A DNA stretch of 63,277 nt, filler included, from Octopus bimaculoides (lineage: Eukaryota), in the NCBI RefSeq assembly GCF_001194135.2. It is 10 parts of 9 records of this genome, joined end to end, with 100 filler letters (N's around TTAATTAATTAA, not from the genome) between each part and the next. Parts side by side here need not be neighbours in the genome. Positions count along the whole stretch, not along the records: positions 29,164 to 38,497 come from NC_068981.1; positions 38,598 to 45,260 come from NC_068985.1; positions 45,361 to 52,081 come from NC_069005.1; positions 52,182 to 58,101 come from NC_068983.1; 6 more parts are not named here. One strand, written 5' to 3'. How positions within the stretch are numbered: position 1 is the stretch's first letter; each line of letters begins with the position of its first letter. Below are positions 38,482 through 52,334 of the stretch, piece by piece. The notes beneath the pieces were generated by a model. The model was not told the origin of the DNA and did not search any database. It saw only the letters and a program-made list of their open reading frames with translations. Made by a program: the position numbers and the translations under genes.

Positions 38482-39137
38482 CTGATATTATATACATNNN
38501 NNNNNNNNNNNNNNNNNNNNNNNNNNNNNNNNNNNNNNNNNTTAATTAATTAANNNNNNNNNNNNNNNNNNNNNNNNNNNNNNNNNNNNNNNNNNNNCAT
38601 GGAAACAAGGCACCAGGAAAAGCAACTAGCTATAGACCACTGCTTTAAGAAGTCTTGTCCAACCCATGCCAGTATGGAAAAAGTGGCCATAAAAATGAAA
38701 TGATGAGACTATATGCTTTATGATTCACCTACTCCATTAGTCAGTGTATTAAAACATTTTTAGTTTCTAACACAAATTTCAATTTTACATTTCTAATTGG
38801 AGTTTTGTGAGATTTTTCTAGGGTGAAGTAAATTTATGTAATCTCTTTCTTTTTACCTTTTTGGAAACCTAGAACAATTCTATATAAATATCCTTTCTGT
38901 ACTTTTTTTTTTAGTTGTTGTATGTTGTTGGCATTTGAGAAATGTATCAGTGGTCATTGTTTTCCTGTTCCTTCAACAGACAAAATTTGACCAACAGCTA
39001 GAAACTATCATCACCATCATCATCATCATCACCATATTGATTAAGTATTACATTATTTAAACACTCTAATAACTTCAAATTAACTTTCTTCTCAAGTTAC
39101 CATTCCTGCTAACTGACTTATTTGTTACCAATTCCAG

Positions 39138-40614
39138 AGAAAACAATGTCGTAATGCTGACAGTGGTATGTTGTCAATAAGCCAGGATTAATCCATTCCC
39201 TCCATATATCAGTAGTCAACTACTTAATATAAATCCCCCTTAATCTTAGCTACAGCAACAACAGCAATTAATGGTAAAAATGATGTAGTAAACCTGTATT
39301 TTAGGTTTACAAGTCAGTACAATATTTGATTTGCTATAAATTCTTCTCTCTTCAATTATGGAAAAGTAAGTTTGTTAAATTAAGAAATAAAAAAAATAAT
39401 AATTGTGATAATGGTTAAGGATTTAATTACAGTTTGCTTCATTTTTGTTTTGTTTTTCAATTCTCATATTTTTTTTTAATCCTCATAATTTCTTTTTTTT
39501 TTAATTTGGTTTTATTCCTTGGTAGAGAAAAATAATGTTCTGTTGACTGAATGTACAATCTGTACATTTTAGTAAGTTTCAGAATTTTTATCATGAAATT
39601 CTGTTTGCAAACCATATATATATATTAAAAAAAACGAAGAAAAAAAGAAATATTTTTTTAATCCTTTTCTTTTAAGCTTGTGGATTATTTCAAGTTTTCA
39701 AATTAATAGGGGGAAAAAAAAAAAAACCAAAGAAAAGATATTTACTTTAGTCATTCAGTCCAGTTCATACTATGTATGAAAACATTTATATCACAGTGAG
39801 TGCTTTCTCAGCTGAGAGCAACTTGTCCAACCAGAAACTCAAAATCAAACCAAAGCAAAAAGGAANNNNNNNNNNNNNNNNNNNNNNNNNNNNNNNNNNN
39901 NNNNNNNNNNNNNNNNNNNNNNNNNNNNNNNNNNNNNNNNNNNNNNNNNNNNNNNNNNNNNNNNNNNNNNNNNNNNNNNNNNNNNNNNNNNNNNNNNNNN
40001 NNNNNNNNNNNNNNNNNNNNNNNNNNNNNNNNNNNNNNNNNNNNNNNNNNNNNNNNNNNNNNNNNNNNNNNNNNNNNNNNNNNNNNNNNNNNNNNNNNNN
40101 NNNNNNNNNNNNNNNNNNNNNNNNNNNNNNNNNNNNNNNNNNNNNNNNNNNNNNNNNNNNNNNNNNNNNNNNNNNNNNNNNNNNNNNNNNNNNNNNNNNN
40201 NNNNNNNNNNNNNNNNNNNNNNNNNNNNNNNNNNNNNNNNNNNNNNNNNNNNNNNNNNNNNNNNNNNNNNNNNNNNNNNNNNNNNNNNNNNNNNNNNNNN
40301 NNNNNNNNNNNNNNNNNNNNNNNNNNNNNNNNNNNNNNNNNNNNNNNNNNNNNNNNNNNNNNNNNNNNNNNNNNNNNNNNNNNNNNNNNNNNNNNNNNNN
40401 NNNNNNNNNNNNNNNNNNNNNNNNNNNNNNNNNNNNNNNNNNNNNNNNNNNNNNNNNNNNNNNTTTATTATTGAATATCAGATTAATATGAATTTCTCTA
40501 TCCATTTATATTCATTGATCACACTACCAACCATTCCCTAAAAATATATAAACAGCAATTGCTCACACATATACACACATACACCCATACTCTCTCTCTC
40601 TTTTTCACTCTCTT

Positions 40615-40663
<49 letters not shown>

Positions 40664-42234
40664 ATGCACACACATATATATATATATGATGGCTGCAATT
40701 CAATTTCAAGCAATGTGACTATTTGACCTTTCTCTTAAACATGAGCAGCATGAATGTGGCATTTCAGTCCTGCTAGGGACTTACCCTCTTTCTTGTAGAT
40801 ATGCCAGTGATGAGCACCTCTTGCAGTAGCTGCTCAGAGAGCTTACCACTCATGTTGATACCTTTATTCCATTATGGAATTTTTCAGTGAGTGTTTTGAC
40901 TTTTATGGTTATTACCAGCCACAGTATGTAACGAATAATACAGATCTTTAGATATCAAGTGATGCTCGTGCTTGAACCCCTTTGAAATGAAGAAAAGCTT
41001 TGCATAGAGCTGGTCCAACTCTCAAAACATATTTACCCAAAAAGAATTAGTCTACATCACTGGATGCAAATGAAGTTGCAAGTGTTACATCAATGTTTCC
41101 CTTCTACTAGAGAAATGTCTAAATGAAGACTAAGAGTCTCTCAATTCTAGCTGTTGGATGGCCATTGGCGCTACTGCATTTACCTAATCTTTGACTCATT
41201 GTCTTGCAGGGTGTCCAATGAAAACCACCCTCCTTACCAAGCAGGCTTGATAGGGTTGCAGGTTTAGTCACTGCTGGCCAAACCAACCAACAGGTTGTAT
41301 TGGGTTACATGTTACCAGCATCACTAAGAAAGAGACCCAGCATGCATACATATATATATATATATATATANNNNNNNNNNNNNNNNNNNNNNNNNNNNNN
41401 NNNNNNNNNNNNNNNNNNNNNNNNNNNNNNNNNNNNNNNNNNNNNNNNNNNNNNNNNNNNNNNNNNNNNNNNNNNNNNNNNNNNNNNNNNNNNNNNNNNN
41501 NNNNNNNNNNNNNNNNNNNNNNNNNNNNNNNNNNNNNNNNNNNNNNNNNNNNNNNNNNNNNNNNNNNNNNNNNNNNNNNNNNNNNNNNNNNNNNNNNNNN
41601 NNNNNNNNNNNNNNNNNNNNNNNNNNNNNNNNNNNNNNNNNNNNNNNNNNNNNNNNNNNNNNNNNNNNNNNNNNNNNNNNNNNNNNNNNNNNNNNNNNNN
41701 NNNNNNNNNNNNNNNNNNNNNNNNNNNNNNNNNNNNNNNNNNNNNNNNNNNNNNNNNNNNNNNNNNNNNNNNNNNNNNNNNNNNNNNNNNNNATGATTCT
41801 TCACTGGAAAACTCTTTAATTTATTGTATAGTATACAAGGATTTTAGTTTCTGTATACTGTTAAAAATATCAGAATTACATATATGGTAGATATAACGTA
41901 GACATAAACATTTTCAGGAAAAAAATTAAAAAATAAAATTAATATTTAGGGCATAATTCTGGTTTTGTGTAGAATATTTCTCAGTTAGAGTATAGATATG
42001 ACTGATTAATTTGTTCTTAAAATCATTAGAGAAACTTATGAGAATTTTCATCAAAGATATGAAATTGTTTAGCTAATTCATCTTGCTGAGAATGGTTAAA
42101 GTAAAAGTTGATTTGTCTATTTTCAGGTGGCTTTAGAGTCGCATCAGTATCAATTCCTGTTGGTGTCAGTTCCTCTCAAACAAACATTAATATCAAAAAC
42201 TACAACTGATCAGCTCACATTCCAAATTTCTTAA
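39138..42234 (+). CDS. Candidate last three coding exons (39138-39165, 39751-39795, 42127-42234) of an unidentified gene
   Basis: Canonical AG/GT sites (ctaac/ctgac branch point before 39138; donors gtatgt and gtgagt). Phases join to ENNVVMLTV-SFSPVHTMYENIYIT-VALESHQYQFLLVSVPLKQTLISKTTTDQLTFQIS*. Confidence 0.5.
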
Positions 42235-43247
42235 GGAAAATAATTTCAATTTTCATTAAGATAAAATAAAATAAAAAGAAAACAGTGTTGATGACAGAAT
42301 TGATAGAGTATCGGACAAGATACATTGTGTATTTAGTTATATCCCATTATATTCTGAGTTCAAACCCTGCTTAGTTTTACTGCCTCTCAAGGCTGAAAAT
42401 AAAATAAAATAAAAAAGTACTAAGGAAGGTGTAATCAACTCTATCCTACAAGGTGGTGCCCCAGCATGACCACAATTCAATAAGCTTATTTACTAGTTTC
42501 CAGATGATATTCACATGTTGTTTAAGATTGAGGAAATTAGAGATTTTAAAATATGGATTTTGAATTCATATCTAACAACCAGAGAAGATCAGAAAGGTAT
42601 TTTATTGTCAAGATTATATAAGAATGCATAAATTAAGAGAGATGGGACTCTACAATTCATAACAAATGCTGCACTGAAATGTTTATTGCAATTATGCATA
42701 CAGACATTCTAATGACTTGTGCATCATCAGCAAGATGTCTTGGTTTTAGCCTGAATAAAAACAGAGTTTAAACTATAGCTGTGCAATCTAAAGGATGTAC
42801 AGATGCAGCTTAAAATGATATAATCAGCTTTGTGTTTATGACAGAATCATTAAGACATCTGACAAAATACCTGAAGTATCTTCTATGTTCTGATTTCAAC
42901 TTTGCTTTCCAGACTTCTGGGTTCTATAAATTAAAGCACCAGTTAAGTACTGAAGTTAATATAATATTCCTATAAAGCATCCTAGATTTGAATGGAATTA
43001 TATTAGAAGAAACAGTCAGTAGAAAAATATTCTGAGCTGATCTTGTCACTTGATGTTTTGACTAATGAATAAAAGGTTTTGGAGGTAGTAACAGACTGGC
43101 TCATGAAACTGAATTCCATGCAGTAACTAGTTCAGTTCTGAGTTCAGATTTTCTTAATAACTACCAAAGTTGACTTTACCATTAGTCTATCTTGGATTGA
43201 TGAAATAGATAACAATATACTGAAGTTCATCATTTGACTAAACTTAC

Positions 43248-45219
43248 CCAATACCTGACTTAATTTTGTGTTTGTACTTCCTACAAGTGAAAGAAACAAC
43301 TATGTCTTTGCTTTTAAAAGTTTCTGATTCAATGTTATCACATTATTTTGTTGATGTGGACACATAATACCATTTCTAAAGAGAGGAACCAAACAAAAGA
43401 CCAATTACTGTAGAATGAAATTATAGATTCTCTATAAGAGGAGGCACCATTTCATCTTTTATATACTTTTGATTTGAGCAATTTTAAGAAAATACCCAAA
43501 TTACTCTGCTTCTTGAGGTGTGGAACACTAAATTTGATAAGGTATAAAACTACCAGGTCATGGATCAGGAATTCATATTCCACAGCAGATACTCCATCAT
43601 ATCTTTTAGCAGTCCAGTTGCAAAAGATTTACTGTCATATCCAAACTTTTATGGATTTAATGTTGAAGGAAACTGTTCTTCACTATTAGCTTCAGGGATC
43701 CATGTAGCTATAACTTACTTATTAACATATTAGATTAAAATAATATCTGTGTACCCTAAATTACTCAAAATTCCTCTCACTCTACATCTGCCTCATCAAG
43801 TATCATGATTTAACAGTTACAAATAGTTTGTATTAGTTTCTAACATTTAATCAAAATTTTTATTACTCTCTCTATAATTCTATATCTACCATATTTTCCT
43901 ATTTGAAGGCAGCTTTTTGAATATAATTCTTCTGTGTAATTCTAATTGTCAGCATGATTTATGTTACTATTTTCATGTTTCTCCTCTTCTGACATACGCA
44001 CATGTTATTTATGACAGAAGATTTTATTTTTATATATATCTTCATGTAAGAAGAGGCAGAAACAAAGATACCACAACAAAACCATTCAAAAGGAATTTTT
44101 CAGTACACTCATTCTTAATTTATTATATTCATATAATTATAGGTAATCAAGTTAACTTAGGATAACACTGTAGAACAATTAGTGATTACATTTGAAAACC
44201 ATTTCATCTGTGAATCTTTATTACCGATCCTGTTCAAGAATTAAATATTTAATAATTTTTAAATGTACCTTCATCTATCTTGTAATATTTCTATCCTCAT
44301 TGATTAGTTTTATTCTAGGACTGGGAACTTGTCCACCCTAAATCATCCTACAATATTTAATGGTTTATAAGATCATTACTGAAAGATTTCTTTATGTTAG
44401 GTGCTTAAGAGGCAAGTCAACTCAATAAAATCCTTCCGACAAACTACATACTTTATGTAGTTTGTCAGAAGGTAAGCTAAGCTGGTTGAGGTTAGGTTTT
44501 GTCTTTATCTAGTATATTAAAGCTGCAATTCAACCTGGTAGAGACTAGGTTGTATTTTTATATAATGTCATAGGGAAAATTCTTCCCTAAGCTTTTGAGT
44601 ACATCTAAAAATTAATGATAGGACAAATATTCAAAGTGGAATAATTCAACAGAGAATTAAACCTACATTGCACACACAGTCAGTCACAATAATATGGAGT
44701 AAACCATGGGTTTTCTCCAATAGTTCTTTCCTTAGCTTTTATACTCAATTTTTTAAAGTTTCATTTAGAAATATTTTCTTTATACATGCATATATATTTA
44801 TTTATGAGTATGTTTTAATTTTAGAGAATAAAGAGATTTTTTAGTTTCTGTTTGTCAATTTGGTAACAAAATACATTGTTTAAACATATTACTTAGAATA
44901 TTTTTATTGCAACACTTATTTTATAACAATTTATTGTTAAGAATAGCCAATAACAAAGCATCACATAGTTATGATGTCAGTGGAGATGTAAAATATCCAG
45001 TTATAAATCTTAAGATAAAACACTATACCAGAATATAATGCAGTAATACATTATACACCCACATTATAAATAAATTGCTACACATACTAAATGTACAGTA
45101 ATAATAATGATATAACCATTCTATCTTTAACTATGAGTGTCATAGACTATGGATACCAGAATATATATATGTGTGTGTGTGTGTATATATATATATTTGT
45201 GTGTATGTGTGTGTATATG

Positions 45220-45257
<38 letters not shown>

Positions 45258-45425
45258 TATNNNNNNNNNNNNNNNNNNNNNNNNNNNNNNNNNNNNNNNN
45301 NNNNTTAATTAATTAANNNNNNNNNNNNNNNNNNNNNNNNNNNNNNNNNNNNNNNNNNNNTATCTCTTCAACTAAACCCCACAAAAATTGCCTCACCACT
45401 CCCTAATATATACAACAGATGACGA

Positions 45426-45467
<42 letters not shown>

Positions 45468-47234
45468 GCTTTATGTATTTAGTTTTTTTCTTCTTATCTT
45501 CATCATGCGGGGGTGTTGGATAAGAAAAGGAAATTACTATCGAATTGTGTCAGGTTCCTAGAAATGGTTATTTGATGAGGATTATATTCGAGTTCACTGA
45601 CTTAATCTGCATGTTTGATAATATAAAAATTATCTTAAAACGAACGTGATTTAAATATGACGGCAGTTGGGATTATATATTTATATATAAAAAAAATGGT
45701 TAGATAGGAATTGGTTGAGAGTATTAAACTTCTTTCTTTTAAGCAACGTTTTTTTTAATAGGATTTAATACATTTTCTCATGTTCTTGTATATACGTGTG
45801 CGTGTACCTACCTACCTACCTACCTACCTACCTACCTACAGTCTCCCTCGCACACGTGGGTATATTATTTTGTACGTATATATACTTTGATATATAATAT
45901 AGTTTTGTGAGTGTGTATGCATGTATATATAGATACATGCACACACACACAATCTGAAAATGCAATTGATGGTTAATGTTTAACAAAGGAAGAGCAACCG
46001 CGTGATCGCGGCGCTTAGAAATTAGTAGCTAAATCTCCTTTAAATCACACACAAGCCGTCCCCACATGCATATATATATATATATATATATATATAATCG
46101 AGAGTGGGTCTGCTAAGTCGCTCAGCCTTCTACAAATGGCAGCCAAATCTCCCTCAATCTTCAGGGAAGGTTGGGTAGCGACGAGTGACGCATTCGTTGA
46201 TGCAGTTTCAGATACAATAAATACCAGCAAAGGACGGAACGGTCACAGTGGGAACACCTTTGCTCAGAAGTTTGTTAGATCAAGTCTGTCCAGCATCAAA
46301 ATATGAAAATAATACTGGAAATATATCATTTACATATATATATATATGTATAATATCCTGCCATGCTAAAGTACTCGAAGCCGGTTTGTTCTATTTTTAT
46401 TTTCTGATTTATAAACTGGTTTGTCGACATCAGTGAAGATCAATATTTTCATATTCGAAAGTTGCATAACACAAAGAGATGCACGGGAGCGCAGGGAGAT
46501 AAAAAAAATGATAGGAAAACGGTAAATTGTTGTCGCCAACGTACTTTAAGCGATTAGTCGTCATGGTTCAGTGATAATCCCTCTCCCCCCGCCGCCAACA
46601 GACATGGTAACCAACACCACAATGTCATTGTGAATATATTAAAATTAAAGTTAGGAATATATATATTCACATATCTATCTATCTTTAAATATACAGTTGG
46701 CGTCATAAGAATTTTAGAAACTTTATGAGAGCATTAAGTAATTCATTTTTTGGGGGAGACGTTGAAACTTGGAGATAAATCTATAAAAAAATAGCGTAAT
46801 AGCGTGTAAATGTAGGGTTGAAAAACCCTTAGGATAGAAAATGTTGATGGCTGCCCGTTTATATCATCAGCATGATATATATATATATATATTAAATATA
46901 TACTTTTATAAAACAAATTTTATAAATTTCCGGGACACCCTATTGAAATGTGCATAGGTTTGGCTTATTGTGGTTGTTTCTGTTATTATAATTGTTGCTG
47001 CAATAAAGTATCTTCAATGCATTGATTTTGAGCTCTATCCTTTAAGAGACATGTATACATATATATATATATATATATAGTTCTTTTCCCTAAAACTATA
47101 TATTTCCTTGGTTCTTTTCCTTTATATTTATATATATTTTACTCTGTGAAACTTAATTTAATTTTAATTTTTAATAAATTGATTTTAATTGAGTTTTTAC
47201 CTGTAATTTTGGATTTTATCCCTAATATCTTTAT

Positions 47235-47288
<54 letters not shown>

Positions 47289-49062
47289 TCGCTGAATGAA
47301 TTTTAACATTCGAATAAGTACAAACAAACAATATGTTTATCGAATTACATACAATTTTAGAAGAAAAGGATAAATAAGGATCATGTCGTAGCGATTTCAT
47401 CATTCCGTTTTGAAATGAGGAAAGTCTATTTTATTACAAATGGGGTCAGGAAGAGGGACGCATTTTGCGCGATTACACGATCTGCTAAAAATGGCAGCCA
47501 AACCTTCCTCTCGAAATCCTCCCACATATACAGCAGTATACAGTCTACTAAAAAGGAAAGAAAAAAAACGCAGGGATACACTGAGCTATGTATTAACTGA
47601 TATACACAATATAATTGACGGGATGGTCATAACTAGAACGCCGTTGATCATTGGTCTCCTTTATTATTATTATGTCAGGAGTTCTAAATGGAACGAGAAA
47701 GAATTTGCAGTGAAGGAGAATATCAATTTTTTTTTATTTGGTCTATCTGTGTGTGTGTGTGTGTGTGTTATCGATCATAAAACTGGAAGAATGAAAATAA
47801 AATAAACAGTGATGACAGAGAGTCAATTCCCTCTCTCTACCGATATATTCCCAATTTAATAAATAATTTTAAGATGAGGAATGACGCTGATGATGATAAA
47901 GGTTTGCCTGTTAAAAACGGAATATTATCAGAGGGGTTACGAGCACTTGATGGCTTTTTCAAATCATGTGGATATCTAAGGATTACAAGCCCACATAAAA
48001 CTCTACCGAGAATAAAATAAATCTTAGGCCAAAGGAAAAATAATATTGATGTTGATGGTTAATTTTAATAACAGTCTGCTAAGTAGCTTTGATTGACAGT
48101 CTAATATAAAAAAAAAAATTTGAAGAAACCTTGTTAGAAATTCACATACAGACATATAACCACAAAATAAATACAGGTTCTTTGACAGGTGTATGTTTAA
48201 ATGCTGAAAGTAAACAATGAAGTCCAAACTTGGTTTGTGTTTGTCTTTTTTTTTTTAAATATATATTTTAAAAAATCTGTCATAATATTTATGTAAGAAT
48301 TTACGCTCAGGAAAATGGAAGAAGGAAAGCCATCATATTAAAAACAAAACAGAGGTAGATTTATTTCAATGAGAGAAACTGCCAGACATGGATGCCAAAG
48401 CTACTCTAATTATACACTAATTGGAGAAAGAAAGACGAAAAACGAAAGAATATAATTGAATAATGTAGTGGTAAGTATAGAAAACGATCAGATGATCATA
48501 TTTAGAACAACCTACGAGCAGAGGAATAAAATTTTACAAGAAACCAGATCGATAAATAGAAATGTACTGAGTCAACGAGCGAGTCTGATCGATGCTAGAA
48601 ATAGCAGTCAAATCTCCCTCAAAAGCGCATCTTCAATCCTTATTGTCTGGAATAAGGAAAGGATACAGAAATAATATAGTCTTAGGCAGACTTTGATTCT
48701 GCTGTGTATGTGGGGTGGGGGAGAGGGAGGTTAGCGGGATGCTCATGGTTGGAACGTCTTTCACCCAAAAGAAATGATCGATTATAGTTTTTAAAAAAAA
48801 ACCAATAACAACAAAGAAATCGAGCTAACGTAGGGTTCTTTCTACAAGATCGCCCAACCTGCTAAACAAAGCATCTAAATCTATTTCAAATAATGCAAAC
48901 TAATTTGTTGTTGATTTTCTGTTTATTTTAAAATAAAGGGTGCGTTATTAAATAGTATAGATCTAGCTGCTGCGGGGCCGAAAAGCCATCAGTAATAGCA
49001 AGAGTATTGAAAATAATGCGATAGGGGGGAAAAAATAAAAGGAAAACTCACCTGACAGACAT
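43248..49062 (-). CDS. Candidate first coding exons of a minus-strand gene (49062-49052 MSV+AG; 43280-43248 (R)KYKHKIKSGIG)
   Basis: ggcgccgcggcgATGtctgtcag|gtgagt in CpG-rich DNA. The 33-nt exon ttcacttgtag|...gg|gtaagt is phase compatible. Confidence 0.4.
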
Positions 49063-49335
49063 CGCCGCGGCGCCTTTGCGTTTTATTCTTCTTCACACTT
49101 CGAACCATATTGTAGAATGAAAATGGTGCAACTCCCTGCACAGCTGTTTTGAACAGTAACAGAGACCAGTGCGCATGCGTAACTCCGCCTACAATACTAT
49201 ATAAGGTATGGTGGTCTCCCATAATTGACCGACATTTTTTTTTCTTTTTTTTTTTTTTCCCCATCTTTAAGGTCGTCGTCTTTTCGAAGTTTGCTTAAAA
49301 TGATGTCTTCTGATGGTTCAGAACTACAGGAAAGG
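49040..49335. promoter_or_regulatory. Putative divergent (bidirectional) promoter with an NRF1-type TGCGCATGCGT at 49170-49180
   Basis: Minus-strand ATG at 49062. Plus strand has donor aag|gtatgg (49205), a 66-nt intron with a poly-T acceptor (49271) and an ATG at 49300. Confidence 0.55.
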
Positions 49336-49586
49336 TGCAACAATAATAATAATATATAATATATGTACCCACACGTGTAGTATGTGTGCGTACAAAATGT
49401 ATGTCAATGTGTGTGTGTGTATATGTATATATATATGTGTGTGTGTGGAGATGGTCTGTGCCTCCAGCCATTTGAGTTTGGTGGACGAGTTACCTAGGTA
49501 AGCTAGGCACTTTAAATATGCGAAACCAATGGTAATTCTCTGACCGGTCACAACAAACAAACTTCTTAATGCATATATGCATGTGT

Positions 49587-49631
<45 letters not shown>

Positions 49632-52225
49632 ACTCTATTGACAGATAGGGCATTTGTTCCCCTGACTTATGGAATCTTGGACGACTTACACACACATGCA
49701 CGCACACACACATACACGCACATGTTCTTTCTTTTATTGTTTTACTTGTGTCAGTCATTTGACTGTGGCCATGCTGGAGCACCGTGCATTTAAAAAAATC
49801 TGTTTCAGTTATTTGACTGGCAGCCATGTTAGAGCACCGACTTTGGTCGAACAAATCGACCCCAAGAATTATTCTTTGTAAGCCTAGTACTTATTGTACC
49901 GGTCTGTTTTGCCGAACCGCTAGTTACGGGGACGTAAACACACCAACATCGGTTGTCAAGCGATGGTGGGAGTACAAACACAGACACACAAACCCACACA
50001 CACATATATATATTCTTAACTTGTTTCAGTCATTTGACTACGGCCATGCTGGAGCACCGACTTTAGTTGAAAAAATCGACCCCAGGACTTATTCTTTGTA
50101 AGCCTAGTACTTATTTTATCAGTCTCTTTTGCCGAACCGCTAAATTACGGTTGTCAAGCGATGTTGGTGGGGGGGGGGGGACAAACACACAAACATTTGC
50201 ACACAAACACATGCACACACACACACACACACACACGAAGTATGTTGGAATTGTTGGTATGGCTGTTTTTGTATGTGGAATATTATAATAACACAACCTT
50301 TTCATATATGTAAGTATGTAGGTATGTATGTATGTATGTATGTAGGAAGTTAAATGTAATGGCCAGTCATAGAGTGACCAGTGGTTTCGCACCTATAAAG
50401 CGCTTAGCCATTAGAGTGTGACGGGTCGCCTATACTGCCAAACGCTTTATAAGTGCGAAACTAACGGTCCCTCTATAATATATATATAGCCCTAATGCTT
50501 TAGAGTGCGCTTCTTTTACGAGTATATGAACTACAGACTATATATATATATATATATACTTTTTTACTTTACTTGTTTCAGCCATTTGACTGCGGCCATG
50601 CTGGAGCACCGCCTTAACGGGTGTTTGTCAAAGAAATCGCCCCCAAGACTTATTCTTTGTAAGCCTAGTACTTATTCTACCGGTCTCTTTTGGCGAACCG
50701 CTAGATTTTTGGGACATAAACACACCAGCATCGGTTGTCTCCAGCATGGCCGCAGTCAAATGACTGAAACAAGTAAAAGAATATATATNNNNNNNNNNNN
50801 NNNNNNNNNNNNNNNNNNNNNNNNNNNNNNNNNNNNNNNNNNNNNNNNNNNNNNNNNNNNNNNNNNNNNNNNNNNNNNNNNNNNNNNNNNNNNNNNNNNN
50901 NNNNNNNNNNNNNNNNNNNNNNNNNNNNNNNNNNNNNNNNNNNNNNNNNNNNNNNNNNNNNNNNNNNNNNNNNNNNNNNNNNNNNNNNNNNNNNNNNNNN
51001 NNNNNNNNNNNNNNNNNNNNNNNNNNNNNNNNNNNNNNNNNNNNNNNNNNNNNNNNNNNNNNNNNNNNNNNNNNNNNNNNNNNNNNNNNNNNNNNNNNNN
51101 NNNNNNNNNNNNNNNNNNNNNNNNNNNNNNNNNNNNNNNNNNNNNNNNNNNNNNNNNNNNNNNNNNNNNNNNNNNNNNNNNNNNNNNNNNNNNNNNNNNN
51201 NNNNNNNNNNNNNNNNNNNNNNNNNNNNNNNNNNNNNNNNNNNNNNNNNNNNNNNNNNNNNNNNNNNNNNNNNNNNNNNNNNNNNNNNNNNNNNNNNNNN
51301 NNNNNNNNNNNNNNNNNNNNNNNNNNNNNNNNNNNNNNNNNNNNNNNNNNNNNNNNNNNNNNNNNNNNNNNNNNNNNNNNNNNNNNNNNNNNNNNNNNNN
51401 NNNNNNNNNNNNNNNNNNNNNNNNNNNNNNNNNNNNNNNNNNNNNNNNNNNNNNNNNNNNNNNNNNNNNNNNNNNNNNNNNNNNNNNNNNNNNNNNNNNN
51501 NNNNNNNNNNNNNNNNNNNNNNNNNNNNNNNNNNNNNNNNNNNNNNNNNNNNNNNNNNNNNNNNNNNNNNNNNNNNNNNNNNNNNNNNNNNNNNNNNNNN
51601 NNNNNNNNNNNNNNNNNNNNNNNNNNNNNNNNNNNNNNNNNNNNNNNNNNNNNNNNNNNNNNNNNNNNNNNNNNNNNNNNNNNNNNNNNNNNNNNNNNNN
51701 NNNNNNNNNNNNNNNNNNNNNNNNNNNNNNNNNNNNNNNNNNNNNNNNNNNNNNNNNNNNNNNNNNNNTTTTTTTTTTTTTTTTTTCTCACGAAGAGGTG
51801 TGACGTGACTTCGAAGTTTCGGCATGCTAGCCACAGGTCCGATTCTTCGAACATCGCTGGTACCCTTCTCCTAAGTAAAAGTATGTGGGTATGCGCGCGC
51901 GTGTTGTGTTGTGCGTGGGGAATGGGGTGAGGTGGGCGGTACATGTATGCATGTATGTGCATGTGCGCGCGCGTGTGTGGTGTGTGCATGTGTGTGAGAT
52001 TGTGACATAATTAGGGGAAAAAGAAAACAAAATAAAGGTGGCGAATACGAAAGAAGAAGTGTTTATAAGTTTAATAAATAANNNNNNNNNNNNNNNNNNN
52101 NNNNNNNNNNNNNNNNNNNNNNNNNTTAATTAATTAANNNNNNNNNNNNNNNNNNNNNNNNNNNNNNNNNNNNNNNNNNNNCTCTTTGTCATTTCTGGCG
52201 TATAATTTTATTATTATTATCATTT

Positions 52226-52256
<31 letters not shown>

Positions 52257-52294
52257 CATTTTCATTATCATTATTATTATTATTATTATCATTT

Positions 52295-52334
<40 letters not shown>

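Noticed and set aside
44432-44472. Apparent 11-nt microexon tag|tttgtcagaag|gtaagc
   Set aside because: It is one arm of a 41-bp palindrome (ccttccgacaaactacata-ctt-tatgtagtttgtcagaagg), so it is more likely a repeat-derived hairpin.
47440-47805. 121-aa plus-strand ORF
   Set aside because: Runs through a SINE-like segment (aatggcagccaaa) and a GT microsatellite; no recognisable domain.
51798-51880. SKFRH motif suggesting a coronin N-terminus
   Set aside because: A five-residue match in a speculative exon, with no WD40 exons found, is not enough to assign a gene.
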